Below, in pieces: positions 38,201-47,140 of a stretch of DNA of 64,000 bases; the stretch's first letter is position 1; each line of letters begins with the position of its first letter. The notes beneath the pieces are model-generated. The model did no database searches and was not told the origin of the DNA. It worked only from the letters and a program-made list of their open reading frames with translations. A program made the position numbers and the translations under genes. The DNA is from a virus, in the IMG/VR virus record IMGVR_UViG_3300044611_001420, one strand, 5' to 3'.

Positions 38201-38631
38201 GGGTTACGGCAACTGCTTCTGCAAATCTTGCACCAATATATTATAAAGTTGATGGTGCAACTTTACCATCTGCTGGCATTTCAACTATCACATTAACTGA
38301 AAATCTAAATAATACAGTCAGTGCAGGAACTACTGCTTATTTCTCTAGAATGAGTTTGCAGGTTGCATCTACAATATCATTTGAATATATAGGAGCAGGC
38401 AATGCAATTGAATCTGCAAGACCATCTAAAGGTGGTGTGACAAGACAACAGAATGAAGTCGTTAGGATAAATGGAGGAGAAGTTGTTTATACTAGTACTG
38501 ACCAGTCAGGAAACTTTAGAATTGGTGAGGGAGTAGTTATCAATCAATTAACTGGAACCATTAGTGGAAGATCCTTCAGTCAAAGTTTGTTAAATACAGT
38601 AACACCTTTACTCATTGCATTAGGAAGATAA
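35209..38631 (+). CDS. Fibre-associated protein with repeats and pectin-lyase-like beta-helix (cassette B, large gene)
   Basis: MTDRFPLIANP N-terminus, NAANI..G.ISS.RLSG.Y and ASIGIATIGF repeats, PYIRNCTNF, DSYTQYNQGG and TPLLIALGR. Confidence 0.75.
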   Translation: MTDRFPLIANPTTQQIEELAPGDNLNLQNSGIVGATTITADKFVGTLQGNAATADRLNNAANITGGFISSSRLSGYYGIDVNSANILTNAANIAAGTISSARLSGHYPISVDSASSSDALTDASNITGGIVPSERLEGFYDINVGTANTANIITPGSFQNISIGGNAATATTAVNLSGGTVSGVDLNISDIGTIGTLGVSGLTTTTNLNVTNLASIGFASVGVATIGFGTFTNVRISGAATIGFLTATNARVSGTATVGFLTATNLNSPNATLGIVTANTLTGLNTLSSYDATLDFINNTRITSGLLVGTAASIGIATIGFGTFTNVRVSGILTAGTFSGNFSGGIVAAAASIGIATISYANVGLASIGIATVGFASVGIATIGFLTATDVRVSGTATVGLLTATTIFTNNYLGNGESIVGIVTQINIGTGLTLTSTQTAGKGIVNVGIRTTIGKTIFVSFEGNDSNTGLLNNDAKKTIKAAAALALPGDTIKVFPGTYVENNPIVLSKDVSVEGTELRNCLVSPQNTGLDLFHVNNGCHLTDLSFVGAPSTNGASVVSFQPLAGVSTHRFFDAARMIRMNLDFISEETVGYLTSTDYKNPIFNSGISTIRKGVVSALKAVCHDITRGGNSKCVVAGKSYYTAGGALQNIVGFKTETIDAFNYAVGIARSCINNVSFAKTSGGNYQSYYTQVKDVSIQADSATGSNTNLNSCSNVISALYSCVGIVTTIINDGLSALGGAGINTTLPSAYDGQSSNNWSSTKLEGTTFSPGVGIISKGPYIRNCTNFIPNSIGLKVNGFDAEPGDEIDNGIQGSMSVDSYTQYNQGGIGVSITNGGYAQLVSIFTICDDIAIYTSSGGQCDITNSNNSFGTYGLYSNGVGDYSSRSIFRYTGTANTNATIGQNIITVSGLGTNRPYQGQAIYFGNLYYSVESISVTDGGSGYTSEPTVTISSPTGPNGITAEAFPVIENGKVVSINVISTGNQYVTAPTVTISGPGAGVTATASANLAPIYYKVDGATLPSAGISTITLTENLNNTVSAGTTAYFSRMSLQVASTISFEYIGAGNAIESARPSKGGVTRQQNEVVRINGGEVVYTSTDQSGNFRIGEGVVINQLTGTISGRSFSQSLLNTVTPLLIALGR

Positions 38632-38632
38632 A

Positions 38633-38986
38633 ATGGCAGTAGTAGCACTTAATACATTTAAAACTGTAAGAAAAAATTTAACCACTTCCAACGTTGGAAT
38701 TTATACTTGTCCATCTGGAGTTGCTTCAATTGTAATTTTGGCACAAGTAACAAATGTCTCAACAGGATCAACCACTTATACAGTGACTGCTGTTCATTCT
38801 AGAAGCACAGAATCTCCCACTGATTATAAATTTGCAAATAATGTTTCTGTTCCCCCCAATGATTCTGTAAATTTAATTCCAGACGGAAGACTTGTGTTGG
38901 AAACTGGTGATGTAATTAAAGTTTCGGCAAATTCTGATGATAATTTAAATATTGTGTTGAGTGTTTTAGAAACTGCAAAAGGATAA
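38633..38986 (+). CDS. Small structural adaptor protein (cassette B, small gene)
   Basis: MAVVALNTFKT...IYTCPSG...LAQVTNV...VPPND...DGRLVLETGD...SVLET. Confidence 0.8.
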   Translation: MAVVALNTFKTVRKNLTTSNVGIYTCPSGVASIVILAQVTNVSTGSTTYTVTAVHSRSTESPTDYKFANNVSVPPNDSVNLIPDGRLVLETGDVIKVSANSDDNLNIVLSVLETAKG

Positions 38987-38991
38987 TATAA

Positions 38992-40434
38992 ATGTATAAT
39001 TACACTTCCGGAAGAGTTAAAAAAGAAACAAGAACAGGAATCACATCCGATAGATATGAATTTTTAGGATTAAATCAAGCAGAGCCAGATCTCGGAGATC
39101 CATTGGTTGGTCCTTCTTCAGTTGGTGCAAATCCAGCACCACCTTCAATATCTGGTGATCAATATTTACTCGTTGCCAATAAAAATAATCCGGGAAAAAG
39201 ATATTGGATTGCATCTTCTCAGGTATTGACTGGTGGTTTAATTCCCGGTTCTTTCACTATTTTTGATGATAATATTCAAGTAGGAGCAGCAAATAGTTTT
39301 AATGTTTTTAATTTAGTTGGTGATATTGTGTCAGTAGATCCAGTTGGTTCTGGGGTTTCCGATCAAACTGGAATTGCGACAATTAGATTTTCACTAAAAG
39401 CGCCTGGTCAAGCAAATCAAATAATGTATCACGGAAGTGGTAATTTAATTAGAGCAGCAAGTGGATTTGTATATTCTTCAGGAAATATTGGAATTGGAAG
39501 TAATTCTCCAACTGAAATACTGGATGTAAGTGGAAATGGTAAGTTTCTTGGATCTGTAAGTGCTTCAAGTTTTGTAGGTAACTTAACAGGTACAGCAACT
39601 ACTGCTTCTGGATTAACTGCAACATCAAATATAAACACTACTGGTATTATAACTGCTTCAAGTTTTGTAGGTAACTTAACTGGAACAGCAACCACTGCTT
39701 CTGGTGTTTCCACAGAAATAAACATTAACACTACTGGTATTATAACTTCTTCAAGTTTTGTAGGTAACTTAACAGGCACAGCAACCACAGCAACCATAGC
39801 ATCTACAGCACTTGGAGTATCAACATCAATTAGCATCAATACCACAGGAATTATAACTTCTTCAAGTTTTGTAGGTAATTTAACTGGAACAGCAACTACA
39901 GCAAATAATGTAAGTTCTAGTATTAATATAAACACTAGTGGAATTATAACTGCTTCAAGTTTTGTAGGTAACTTAACAGGCACAGCAACTACAGCAACAA
40001 ATGTAATTAGTGGTTTTGCATCTGTTTCTTCATTGAATGTCTCTGGCATAACTACGATTGGAAGTGCAACAACTTCCACAAATACACCATTACAAGTTGA
40101 AACTTATGGAGTAAAAACAGGAACTGGTAATTTTATTGCTTCAGTTGGAATTACTACATCCATAGATAGTTTTTCCATTACAACTACAGACTTCAAATTA
40201 GTTGAGTATTCTGTTCATATTGGATTTAGTAGCAGTATTCAAGTTCAAAAAGTTTTAATTATGCAAGATGGCATTATTGCAAATGCTGAATCTTATGGCA
40301 TTATGTATAACAAAAATGCTTTGGTTGCAATTGGAGCAACTTTGGATGGGACTGACTGTAAATTGCAAGTTACACCTCAGTCTGGAGTAAATGGAGTGAC
40401 CACATATAGATTCGTAAGAGGAAGTTTATTATAA
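38992..40434 (+). CDS. Tail-fibre-like protein with about 30-aa repeats (cassette B, third gene)
   Basis: YTSGRVKK...SDRY...QAEPDLGDP N-terminus shared with the gene at 32250; five ASSFVGNLTGTATTA repeats. Confidence 0.8.
   Translation: MYNYTSGRVKKETRTGITSDRYEFLGLNQAEPDLGDPLVGPSSVGANPAPPSISGDQYLLVANKNNPGKRYWIASSQVLTGGLIPGSFTIFDDNIQVGAANSFNVFNLVGDIVSVDPVGSGVSDQTGIATIRFSLKAPGQANQIMYHGSGNLIRAASGFVYSSGNIGIGSNSPTEILDVSGNGKFLGSVSASSFVGNLTGTATTASGLTATSNINTTGIITASSFVGNLTGTATTASGVSTEININTTGIITSSSFVGNLTGTATTATIASTALGVSTSISINTTGIITSSSFVGNLTGTATTANNVSSSININTSGIITASSFVGNLTGTATTATNVISGFASVSSLNVSGITTIGSATTSTNTPLQVETYGVKTGTGNFIASVGITTSIDSFSITTTDFKLVEYSVHIGFSSSIQVQKVLIMQDGIIANAESYGIMYNKNALVAIGATLDGTDCKLQVTPQSGVNGVTTYRFVRGSLL
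39561..39990 (+). repeat. About 90-105 bp tandem repeat (SSFVGNLTGTATTA...INTTGIIT)
   Basis: Recurrent TTCAAGTTTTGTAGGTAACTTAAC; the same unit occurs at 40980-41760 and 58980. Confidence 0.85.
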
Positions 40435-40479
40435 TTAATTTATCATTTCAAATGAAAACATAAATACTTAAAAACTCTC

Positions 40480-43400
40480 ATGGCAGATAAAGGTTTCGGT
40501 TTAAATCAACTAAATTTTACTGGAATAGCAGGAACTTCATTAATTGAGAGTGGAGATACTCTGCAGGTAAATGCTCCTTTATTTTCTGTTAGCACAGATT
40601 TTTCTGTCGGTGGGAAGGTAAACTCAAATATAATTCTCTCAAGTTCTTATTCTATTGGTATTGGTTCTACTCAACCAAAAGAAAAACTTGATGTTTTAGG
40701 GAATATAAATGTTTCTGGTTCAGTAACTGCAACATCTTTTGTGGGATCTGGTACTGATCTCATTGGAGTAGCAAAAAATACAATATCTGCAATTGACGAG
40801 AATAATTATTATTATCCAATTCTGACTCCATCTTCAGCAAATGCTGGTACTTATTCAACAGTTGTAGTTCCATCCAGTAAACTTGTTTTTAACCCATCAG
40901 GTTTGTTGGGAATTGGAAGCACGACTCCAAATTATAATTTAGATGTTGTTGGTACTGGAAGATTTACAGGAAATTTAATTGCTTCAAGTTTTGTAGGTAA
41001 CTTAACAGGTACAGCAACTACTGCTTCTGGATTAACTGCAACATCAAATATAAACACTACAGGAATTATAACTGCTTCTAGTTTTACTGGAAATCTTACA
41101 GGTACAGCAACTACAGCATCCAATGTAAGTTCTACTATTAACGTAAACACTACAGGTATTATAACTGCTTCTAGTTTTACTGGAAATCTTACAGGTACAG
41201 CAACTACAGCATCCAATGTAAGTTCTACTATTAACGTAAACACTACAGGTATTGTAACTGCTTCTAGTTTTACTGGAAATCTTACAGGTACAGCAACTAC
41301 AGCAACAACAGCACTTGGTGTATCAACAACAATTAGCATTAATACTACAGGAATTATAACTGCTTCTAGTTTTACTGGAAATCTTACAGGTACAGCAACT
41401 ACAGCAACTACAGCAAATAATGTAAATTCTAGTATTAATATAAACACTACAGGAATTATAACTGCTTCAAGTTTTGTAGGTAACTTAACTGGAACAGCAA
41501 CTACTGCCTCAGGATTAACTGCAACATCAAGTGTAAACACTACTGGAATTGTAACTGCTTCTAGTTTTGTAGGTAACTTAATTGGAACAGCAACTACAGC
41601 AGTTGGTTTAGGTACAACATCAAGCATTAACACTACAGGAATTATAACTGCTTCAAGTTTTGTAGGTAACTTAACAGGTACAGCAACTACAGCAACTACA
41701 GCACTTGGTGTATCAACAACAATTAGCATTAATACTACAGGAATTATAACTGCTTCAGTTTTAAGAGTTGGAACTAGTGTAACTGAATCAATTGGAATTA
41801 CTACAAATATTATTAGTGGTGGAAATTTATTACTCATAAATCCTGCCACCGTAGGAGTTTCTACAGGAACAGTTAGAATCCTTGGCAACTTGATTGTTGA
41901 GGGAACAACATCCACTACCCAAGAATTAGTATTAACTTCTTCAGATAAACTTATAGCAGTTGCAAGTACAATAGGAAATGATATTGACTTAAATGGAGCT
42001 GGAATAGGGATTGGTTCTACATCTGTAAGAAAATTTATACGATGGCATTATGCATCTAACACATTAAAGAGTTCCGAGAATTGGAATTTAGAATCAGGAA
42101 AGACTTATCAAATCAATGACACTTCGGTTCTTACATCAACAACATTAGGTTCTGGTGTTACTATCTCCAGTATTAGAAGTGTTAGTTCTGGAATCATAAC
42201 TGATAGAACAGAACTTACTTCTGGTCAGGTATCTGGTAGTGACTATTTGTTAATTTACGATGTAAGTGACCCAACAAACTTAAAGAAAGCAACAATTCAA
42301 AATGCTGCTCTTCAAGGTCTTCAGGGAACTCAGGGTACTCAGGGTCTCCAGGGACTTCAAGGTACTCAGGGAACTCAAGGTACTCAGGGAACTCAAGGAA
42401 CTCAAGGCACTCAAGGTCTTCAGGGAACTCAAGGCACTCAAGGTCTTCAGGGAACTCAAGGTACTCAGGGAACTCAAGGAACTCAAGGTCTTCAAGGTCT
42501 TCAGGGAACCCAAGGTACTCAAGGTGCTCAAGGTCTTCAAGGTCTTCAGGGAACCCAAGGTACTCAAGGTACTCAGGGATCTCAAGGTCTTCAGGGTACT
42601 CAGGGAACTCAAGGTACTCAAGGACTTCAGGGTACTCAGGGAACTCAAGGTACTCAAGGACTTCAGGGTACTCAGGGAACTCAAGGTACTCAGGGTACTC
42701 AAGGACTTCAGGGTACTCAGGGAACTCAAGGTACTCAGGGTACTCAAGGACTTCAGGGTACTCAGGGAACTCAAGGTACTCAGGGAACTCAAGGTCTTCA
42801 GGGAACTAGTGGAACTAGTGGAACTAGTGGTTCTTCCAATTGGACTGCAGTTTTAGTTAATGTGACGAGAGATTCCTCCGACCCAACAAAATTCACCAAA
42901 ACTGGTGGTTCTGATTCTACTTGGGACTCATCTGTTTATTCAGAACAAGGTTTTGTTCTTGGTGCTTACATATCATCAAGAATATCATCAACAAGTGGTA
43001 GTGCTATAGTTGGTCTAGGAACAAATCCATCAGCATCTAGTAATCAAAATTTTGATTACGGTATGTATTTGGATAATGGTGACATCAAATCAATTGAAAA
43101 TGGTTCTGTTACTGGTCTTGGCACTACATATGAAATTAGTGATTATCTTTCAGTTACTTATGATGGTGCAAATATTAGATACTATAAAAATTCATCTTTA
43201 CTGAGAACTGTTGCCCGTTCTACAGGAAATGCATTATATCTTGATAGTTCAATTTTTACATCCAATCTTGCATTTGAAGACCTTGTATTTGGTCCTATGG
43301 GACCTCAAGGTACTCAAGGATTACAAGGATTACAAGGAACACAGGGAACTCAAGGTACACAGGGAACTCAAGGTACACAGGGAACACAAGGAACTCAGGG

Positions 43401-44940
43401 CACTCAAGGTATTCAAGGACTTCAAGGAACACAAGGTACTCAGGGACTTCAGGGAACTCAAGGTACTCAGGGACTTCAGGGAACTCAAGGTACTCAAGGT
43501 ACTCAAGGTCTTCAGGGAACTCAAGGTACTCAAGGTACTCAAGGTCTTCAGGGACTTCAAGGACTTCAAGGAAGACAAGGTACTCAAGGTCTCCAGGGAC
43601 TTCAAGGAACTCAAGGTACTCAAGGTACTCAAGGTACTCAAGGAACTCAGGGTACTCAGGGTACTCAGGGTACTCAGGGTACTCAAGGTCTTCAGGGTAC
43701 TCAGGGTACTCAGGGTACTCAAGGTCTTCAGGGTACTCAAGGTCTTCAGGGACTTCAAGGAACTCAAGGTACTCAAGGAACTCAGGGCATTCAAGGTACT
43801 CAAGGTACTCAAGGTACTCAAGGTACTCAGGGTACTCAAGGAACTCAAGGAACTCAGGGTACTCAAGGAACTCAGGGTACTCAGGGTCTCCAGGGACTTC
43901 AAGGTACTCAGGGAACTCAAGGTACTCAGGGAACTCAAGGAACTCAAGGCACTCAAGGAACTCAGGGTACTCAAGGAACTCAGGGTACTCAGGGTCTCCA
44001 GGGACTTCAAGGTACTCAGGGAACTCAAGGTACTCAGGGAACTCAAGGAACTCAAGGCACTCAAGGTCTTCAGGGAACTCAGGGAACTCAAGGTACTCAG
44101 GGAACTCAAGGAACTCAAGGCACTCAAGGTCTTCAGGGAACTCAAGGCACTCAAGGTCTTCAGGGAACTCAAGGAACTCAAGGTACTCAGGGAACTCAAG
44201 GAATTACTGGACCAGTAGCAGGTTCTTCAAATCAAATTGTCTATAAAGATTCCTCTAATACAGTAACTGGGTCAAGTAGTTTAACATATACTGGTCCAGT
44301 TTCTGGAATTGGAACATTAGGAATTGGAACAGTTATTACTATCAAGCACAATGATACTTTAAATTTTGGAACTTTAACCTTTGAAGGTTCTGCAGGTCAA
44401 TTATTTACAATTACAAATAATCTTACCAGTGGTTCTATATTCTCTGTATCCGATTCTTCTGGTATTCCAAGTATTGATGTAAATGCAGATGATACCGTTC
44501 TATTAGCACCTTATAATGGCAATGTTGGTATAGGAACCACAAATCCAACCTCAAAACTTTTTGTGGGTGGTGAAATAAGAGCGACAGGAAATGTTATTGC
44601 TTACTATTCATCAGATATTAAACTAAAAAACAATATTGAAAATATAAAAAATCCAATCAAAAAACTGATGCAAATAAATGGAGTTGAATTTGATTGGACC
44701 GATGAATATATTCAAAATAAAGGAGGAGTTGATGGTTATTTCATAAAAAAACATGATATTGGTGTCATTGCTCAAGAAATAGAAAAAGTTCTTCCTGAAG
44801 CAGTGGCAACAAGAAATGATGGTGAAAAAGCAGTTAAGTACGAATTGATTGTTCCATTGTTGATTGAAGCAATTAAAGAACAACAAATTCAAATAAATAT
44901 TCTTAAAGAAAAACTAACTTTAATTATTGGAGAAGACTAA
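40480..44940 (+). CDS. Long tail fibre with two collagen-like stalks and a C-terminal peptidase S74 intramolecular chaperone
   Basis: GNLTGTATTA repeats, (GTQ)n blocks, and C-terminal YSSDIKLKNNI...GVEFDW...DIGVIAQEIEKVLPEAV...LLIEAIKEQQ. Confidence 0.88.
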   Translation: MADKGFGLNQLNFTGIAGTSLIESGDTLQVNAPLFSVSTDFSVGGKVNSNIILSSSYSIGIGSTQPKEKLDVLGNINVSGSVTATSFVGSGTDLIGVAKNTISAIDENNYYYPILTPSSANAGTYSTVVVPSSKLVFNPSGLLGIGSTTPNYNLDVVGTGRFTGNLIASSFVGNLTGTATTASGLTATSNINTTGIITASSFTGNLTGTATTASNVSSTINVNTTGIITASSFTGNLTGTATTASNVSSTINVNTTGIVTASSFTGNLTGTATTATTALGVSTTISINTTGIITASSFTGNLTGTATTATTANNVNSSININTTGIITASSFVGNLTGTATTASGLTATSSVNTTGIVTASSFVGNLIGTATTAVGLGTTSSINTTGIITASSFVGNLTGTATTATTALGVSTTISINTTGIITASVLRVGTSVTESIGITTNIISGGNLLLINPATVGVSTGTVRILGNLIVEGTTSTTQELVLTSSDKLIAVASTIGNDIDLNGAGIGIGSTSVRKFIRWHYASNTLKSSENWNLESGKTYQINDTSVLTSTTLGSGVTISSIRSVSSGIITDRTELTSGQVSGSDYLLIYDVSDPTNLKKATIQNAALQGLQGTQGTQGLQGLQGTQGTQGTQGTQGTQGTQGLQGTQGTQGLQGTQGTQGTQGTQGLQGLQGTQGTQGAQGLQGLQGTQGTQGTQGSQGLQGTQGTQGTQGLQGTQGTQGTQGLQGTQGTQGTQGTQGLQGTQGTQGTQGTQGLQGTQGTQGTQGTQGLQGTSGTSGTSGSSNWTAVLVNVTRDSSDPTKFTKTGGSDSTWDSSVYSEQGFVLGAYISSRISSTSGSAIVGLGTNPSASSNQNFDYGMYLDNGDIKSIENGSVTGLGTTYEISDYLSVTYDGANIRYYKNSSLLRTVARSTGNALYLDSSIFTSNLAFEDLVFGPMGPQGTQGLQGLQGTQGTQGTQGTQGTQGTQGTQGTQGIQGLQGTQGTQGLQGTQGTQGLQGTQGTQGTQGLQGTQGTQGTQGLQGLQGLQGRQGTQGLQGLQGTQGTQGTQGTQGTQGTQGTQGTQGTQGLQGTQGTQGTQGLQGTQGLQGLQGTQGTQGTQGIQGTQGTQGTQGTQGTQGTQGTQGTQGTQGTQGLQGLQGTQGTQGTQGTQGTQGTQGTQGTQGTQGTQGLQGLQGTQGTQGTQGTQGTQGTQGLQGTQGTQGTQGTQGTQGTQGLQGTQGTQGLQGTQGTQGTQGTQGITGPVAGSSNQIVYKDSSNTVTGSSSLTYTGPVSGIGTLGIGTVITIKHNDTLNFGTLTFEGSAGQLFTITNNLTSGSIFSVSDSSGIPSIDVNADDTVLLAPYNGNVGIGTTNPTSKLFVGGEIRATGNVIAYYSSDIKLKNNIENIKNPIKKLMQINGVEFDWTDEYIQNKGGVDGYFIKKHDIGVIAQEIEKVLPEAVATRNDGEKAVKYELIVPLLIEAIKEQQIQINILKEKLTLIIGED
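40980..41760 (+). repeat. About 90-105 bp tandem repeat (ASSF(V/T)GNLTGTATTA)
   Basis: About 8 copies; 40980-41060 is identical to 39561-39641. Confidence 0.85.
42316..42832 (+). repeat. 9-bp repeat encoding (GTQ/GLQ)n
   Basis: Uninterrupted Gly-X-Y ending in GTS GTS GTS. Confidence 0.95.
43291..44214 (+). repeat. 9-bp repeat encoding (GTQ/GLQ)n
   Basis: Uninterrupted Gly-X-Y from GPM GPQ to GIT GP. Confidence 0.95.
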
Positions 44941-45267
44941 ATGAGTAATATAGAATATTCTTGGAAAATAAATTCTTTAAATAAAAAGAATACAGAATTG
45001 CATAATGATGTAATTTATAATGTAGTCTGGACAATAAGTGGATTGGATTTAGAAACCAATATTGCAACCTCATTGACTTCTAATTTGCAACTTGAAATTC
45101 CAATTGAATCTGAAGTATTTGTTCCTTACTCAAATTTATCAGAAAATATAATTATTGAATGGATTCTGAGTAAAATTGATATTGAAAAAGTTGAAGAAAA
45201 TATTCAAAAACAAATTGAATATAATAAATCATTAGTTGTTGAATCTCAATTTCCCTGGAACTCATAG
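44941..45267 (+). CDS. Fibre-associated small hypothetical protein
   Basis: YSWKINSL...DVIYNVVW...FVPYSNLSENIIIEWI...FPW; directly follows the S74 fibre. Confidence 0.7.
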   Translation: MSNIEYSWKINSLNKKNTELHNDVIYNVVWTISGLDLETNIATSLTSNLQLEIPIESEVFVPYSNLSENIIIEWILSKIDIEKVEENIQKQIEYNKSLVVESQFPWNS

Positions 45268-45278
45268 ATTTAACAAAT

Positions 45279-45791
45279 ATGGTTCTTCCCCTCTCTGGTC
45301 AAATTAGTTTGTTATCTCTCCAAGATGAATTTGGAGGGTCAAATCCAATTGGAATTGATGAGTATTATTCAAGTGGTGGTGCTCCTGGTTCTGGTCAAAT
45401 TGGAATTAATACTTTTTATGGTCGGTTTGCAAATTGGACCACTTATATGATGGGTAATGGTAATTTATTTGATGTGTATTCAGGAAACATTGTAGTTCCT
45501 GGTTCATCCCGTAGTCCAACAGTTTTTACTATTAATTTTAACAGACCTACAATAGATTTCACGGGGACTTTAAGTATCTATGTAAATGAAGTTTTGAATT
45601 CTACTTACACCAATGGTGCGGTTGGAAATATAAACGTAGCGAACCCAAGTATAAGTTTTGGGAGTTCCAATATAAGATTTTCTTCTATAATAGTAGATGC
45701 AAGTAATGAAACCGCTCCTTCACTATCAGAGTGGAAAGTGTCTGTTGGTAGCACTTTAGTGTATTATCAGTCTTATGATAATACTACATAA
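45279..45791 (+). CDS. Putative fibre-tip/adhesin protein
   Basis: N-terminal LPLSGQISL...EFGGSNPIGIDEYY...PGSGQIGINTFYG motif followed by a beta-rich C-terminus. Confidence 0.6.
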   Translation: MVLPLSGQISLLSLQDEFGGSNPIGIDEYYSSGGAPGSGQIGINTFYGRFANWTTYMMGNGNLFDVYSGNIVVPGSSRSPTVFTINFNRPTIDFTGTLSIYVNEVLNSTYTNGAVGNINVANPSISFGSSNIRFSSIIVDASNETAPSLSEWKVSVGSTLVYYQSYDNTT

Positions 45792-46503
45792 TAATTTGAA
45801 CATACATTATCAAAAAAAAGTTTTAGATTCAATAAATCAAATATCAGAAGAATATAGTTATTTTTTATCTACTGATGAGCACCCAAAGATGTCTCTTATT
45901 GGAGATGTTTCCTCTGATTTAAAATATATTTTTCCAAGTCCATTCAGTAAAGAAGAATTATATGAAAATTTGTTTAAGCAGTTTGAAATACAATATTCGT
46001 TGATAGATAAACCAAAAGACCCATATCTGAAATTTAACTTCAAAAAAGAAAAAAAATTAACTTTTACTACTGGTTATGGAATTATAGTTTCAAATAGTAA
46101 TCTATTAGTTTTAGATGTTGATAATCAATATCAACTTGAAGAGCTGAAATCAATATGCTCAAATATTATAACCGATTGTAAATTCAAAAGAATAAACACC
46201 GATAATCAGAATAGACTTCATTTATATTATAAAAAACCTAAAGATTTTAATCCTTCTGAAAAAATTAGAAGAATTAACTTGAAAAAGACAAATTTGTGGG
46301 TGTGTGGAATGAATTGTACTAAAGATTTGATATTTGGATTAGACACTGCACATTTTTTTCGCAATCCACATTTTAACTATGAGTTAGTTGGACATATGGA
46401 CGATATAACTGAGTGTCCATCGGAAATTATTCATAGAATTATTGAAAGTGAAAAACGATACGATTATTTTCACAGCAATAGTAGGGGCAAAATTACCACT
46501 TGA
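45775..46503 (+). CDS. Hypothetical protein with Prim-Pol-like motifs
   Basis: GYGIIV...LLVLDVD...T...RLHLYYKKP resembles the bifunctional primase-polymerase DxD and H motifs. Confidence 0.5.
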   Translation: MIILHNNLNIHYQKKVLDSINQISEEYSYFLSTDEHPKMSLIGDVSSDLKYIFPSPFSKEELYENLFKQFEIQYSLIDKPKDPYLKFNFKKEKKLTFTTGYGIIVSNSNLLVLDVDNQYQLEELKSICSNIITDCKFKRINTDNQNRLHLYYKKPKDFNPSEKIRRINLKKTNLWVCGMNCTKDLIFGLDTAHFFRNPHFNYELVGHMDDITECPSEIIHRIIESEKRYDYFHSNSRGKITT

Positions 46504-46528
46504 CAACCAAAAGTTTTTGTGCTATGAT
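46500..46528 (+). promoter_or_regulatory. Sigma70-type early promoter
   Basis: TTGACA-17-TATGAT with an extended -10 TG. Confidence 0.7.
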
Positions 46529-46553
46529 AGTAGAGACCTAATATTACTACAAA

Positions 46554-46727
46554 ATGCAAATTAGTCGTGAAACTCTTCGTGAACTTCAAGGAATGCAGGA
46601 GGACGTTGCATCTCATTTCACTGAAGAGTTTTTTCCCATTAGTGGTGAAACATATTGGACTTGCGTTCAATGTCTTGCGGAAGCAAAATTGGCAGAACTT
46701 CGTGGTGAATTGACATATTCAAATTGA
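46554..46727 (+). CDS. Small hypothetical protein (57 aa, not in ORF track)
   Basis: MQISRETLRELQGMQEDVASHF...SGETYWTCVQCLAEAKLAELRG, directly downstream of the promoter. Confidence 0.7.
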   Translation: MQISRETLRELQGMQEDVASHFTEEFFPISGETYWTCVQCLAEAKLAELRGELTYSN

Positions 46728-46757
46728 ACTCTAAATAAAGAAAATTAGGTTCGTTCT

Positions 46758-47030
46758 ATGAAATACCACATAGACACTACGTATTGTTGGTATAATTGTG
46801 GAACAGAAATTGTTCTTATGTATTTTATAAATGGTATTCCGTTTACATTTGATGAGTTGCCCCACAGTGGTCTTTACACAACAGAAATTGTAGAACACGC
46901 AAACAATGAATTATCCTATGAACCTGAGGACTTATACCAATCTTCTTATTACTTAATGCTTGAGGAATGCCATCCACTTATGTTTGAATTAGAGTTAGAG
47001 AACCCAGAGATGCTTCCATGTGATGACTAA
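46758..47030 (+). CDS. Conserved hypothetical protein
   Basis: YCWY...IVLMYFINGIPFTFDEL...SYYLMLEECHP; CTAAATA late-promoter variant upstream. Confidence 0.75.
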   Translation: MKYHIDTTYCWYNCGTEIVLMYFINGIPFTFDELPHSGLYTTEIVEHANNELSYEPEDLYQSSYYLMLEECHPLMFELELENPEMLPCDD

Positions 47031-47140
47031 AACCAAAATTGACCTTTGATTACAAAAATGGTCAAAAAAAATTTCCCCAAATTTTTTTATCGTAAGGTTT
47101 TTGACTAAATACAACTATAAAAGATTATAGTGCTAATAAA

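Noticed and set aside
39429-41915. Antisense VAVPVKLPTKLEAV ORFs
   Set aside because: Mirror translations of the GNLTGTATTA repeats.
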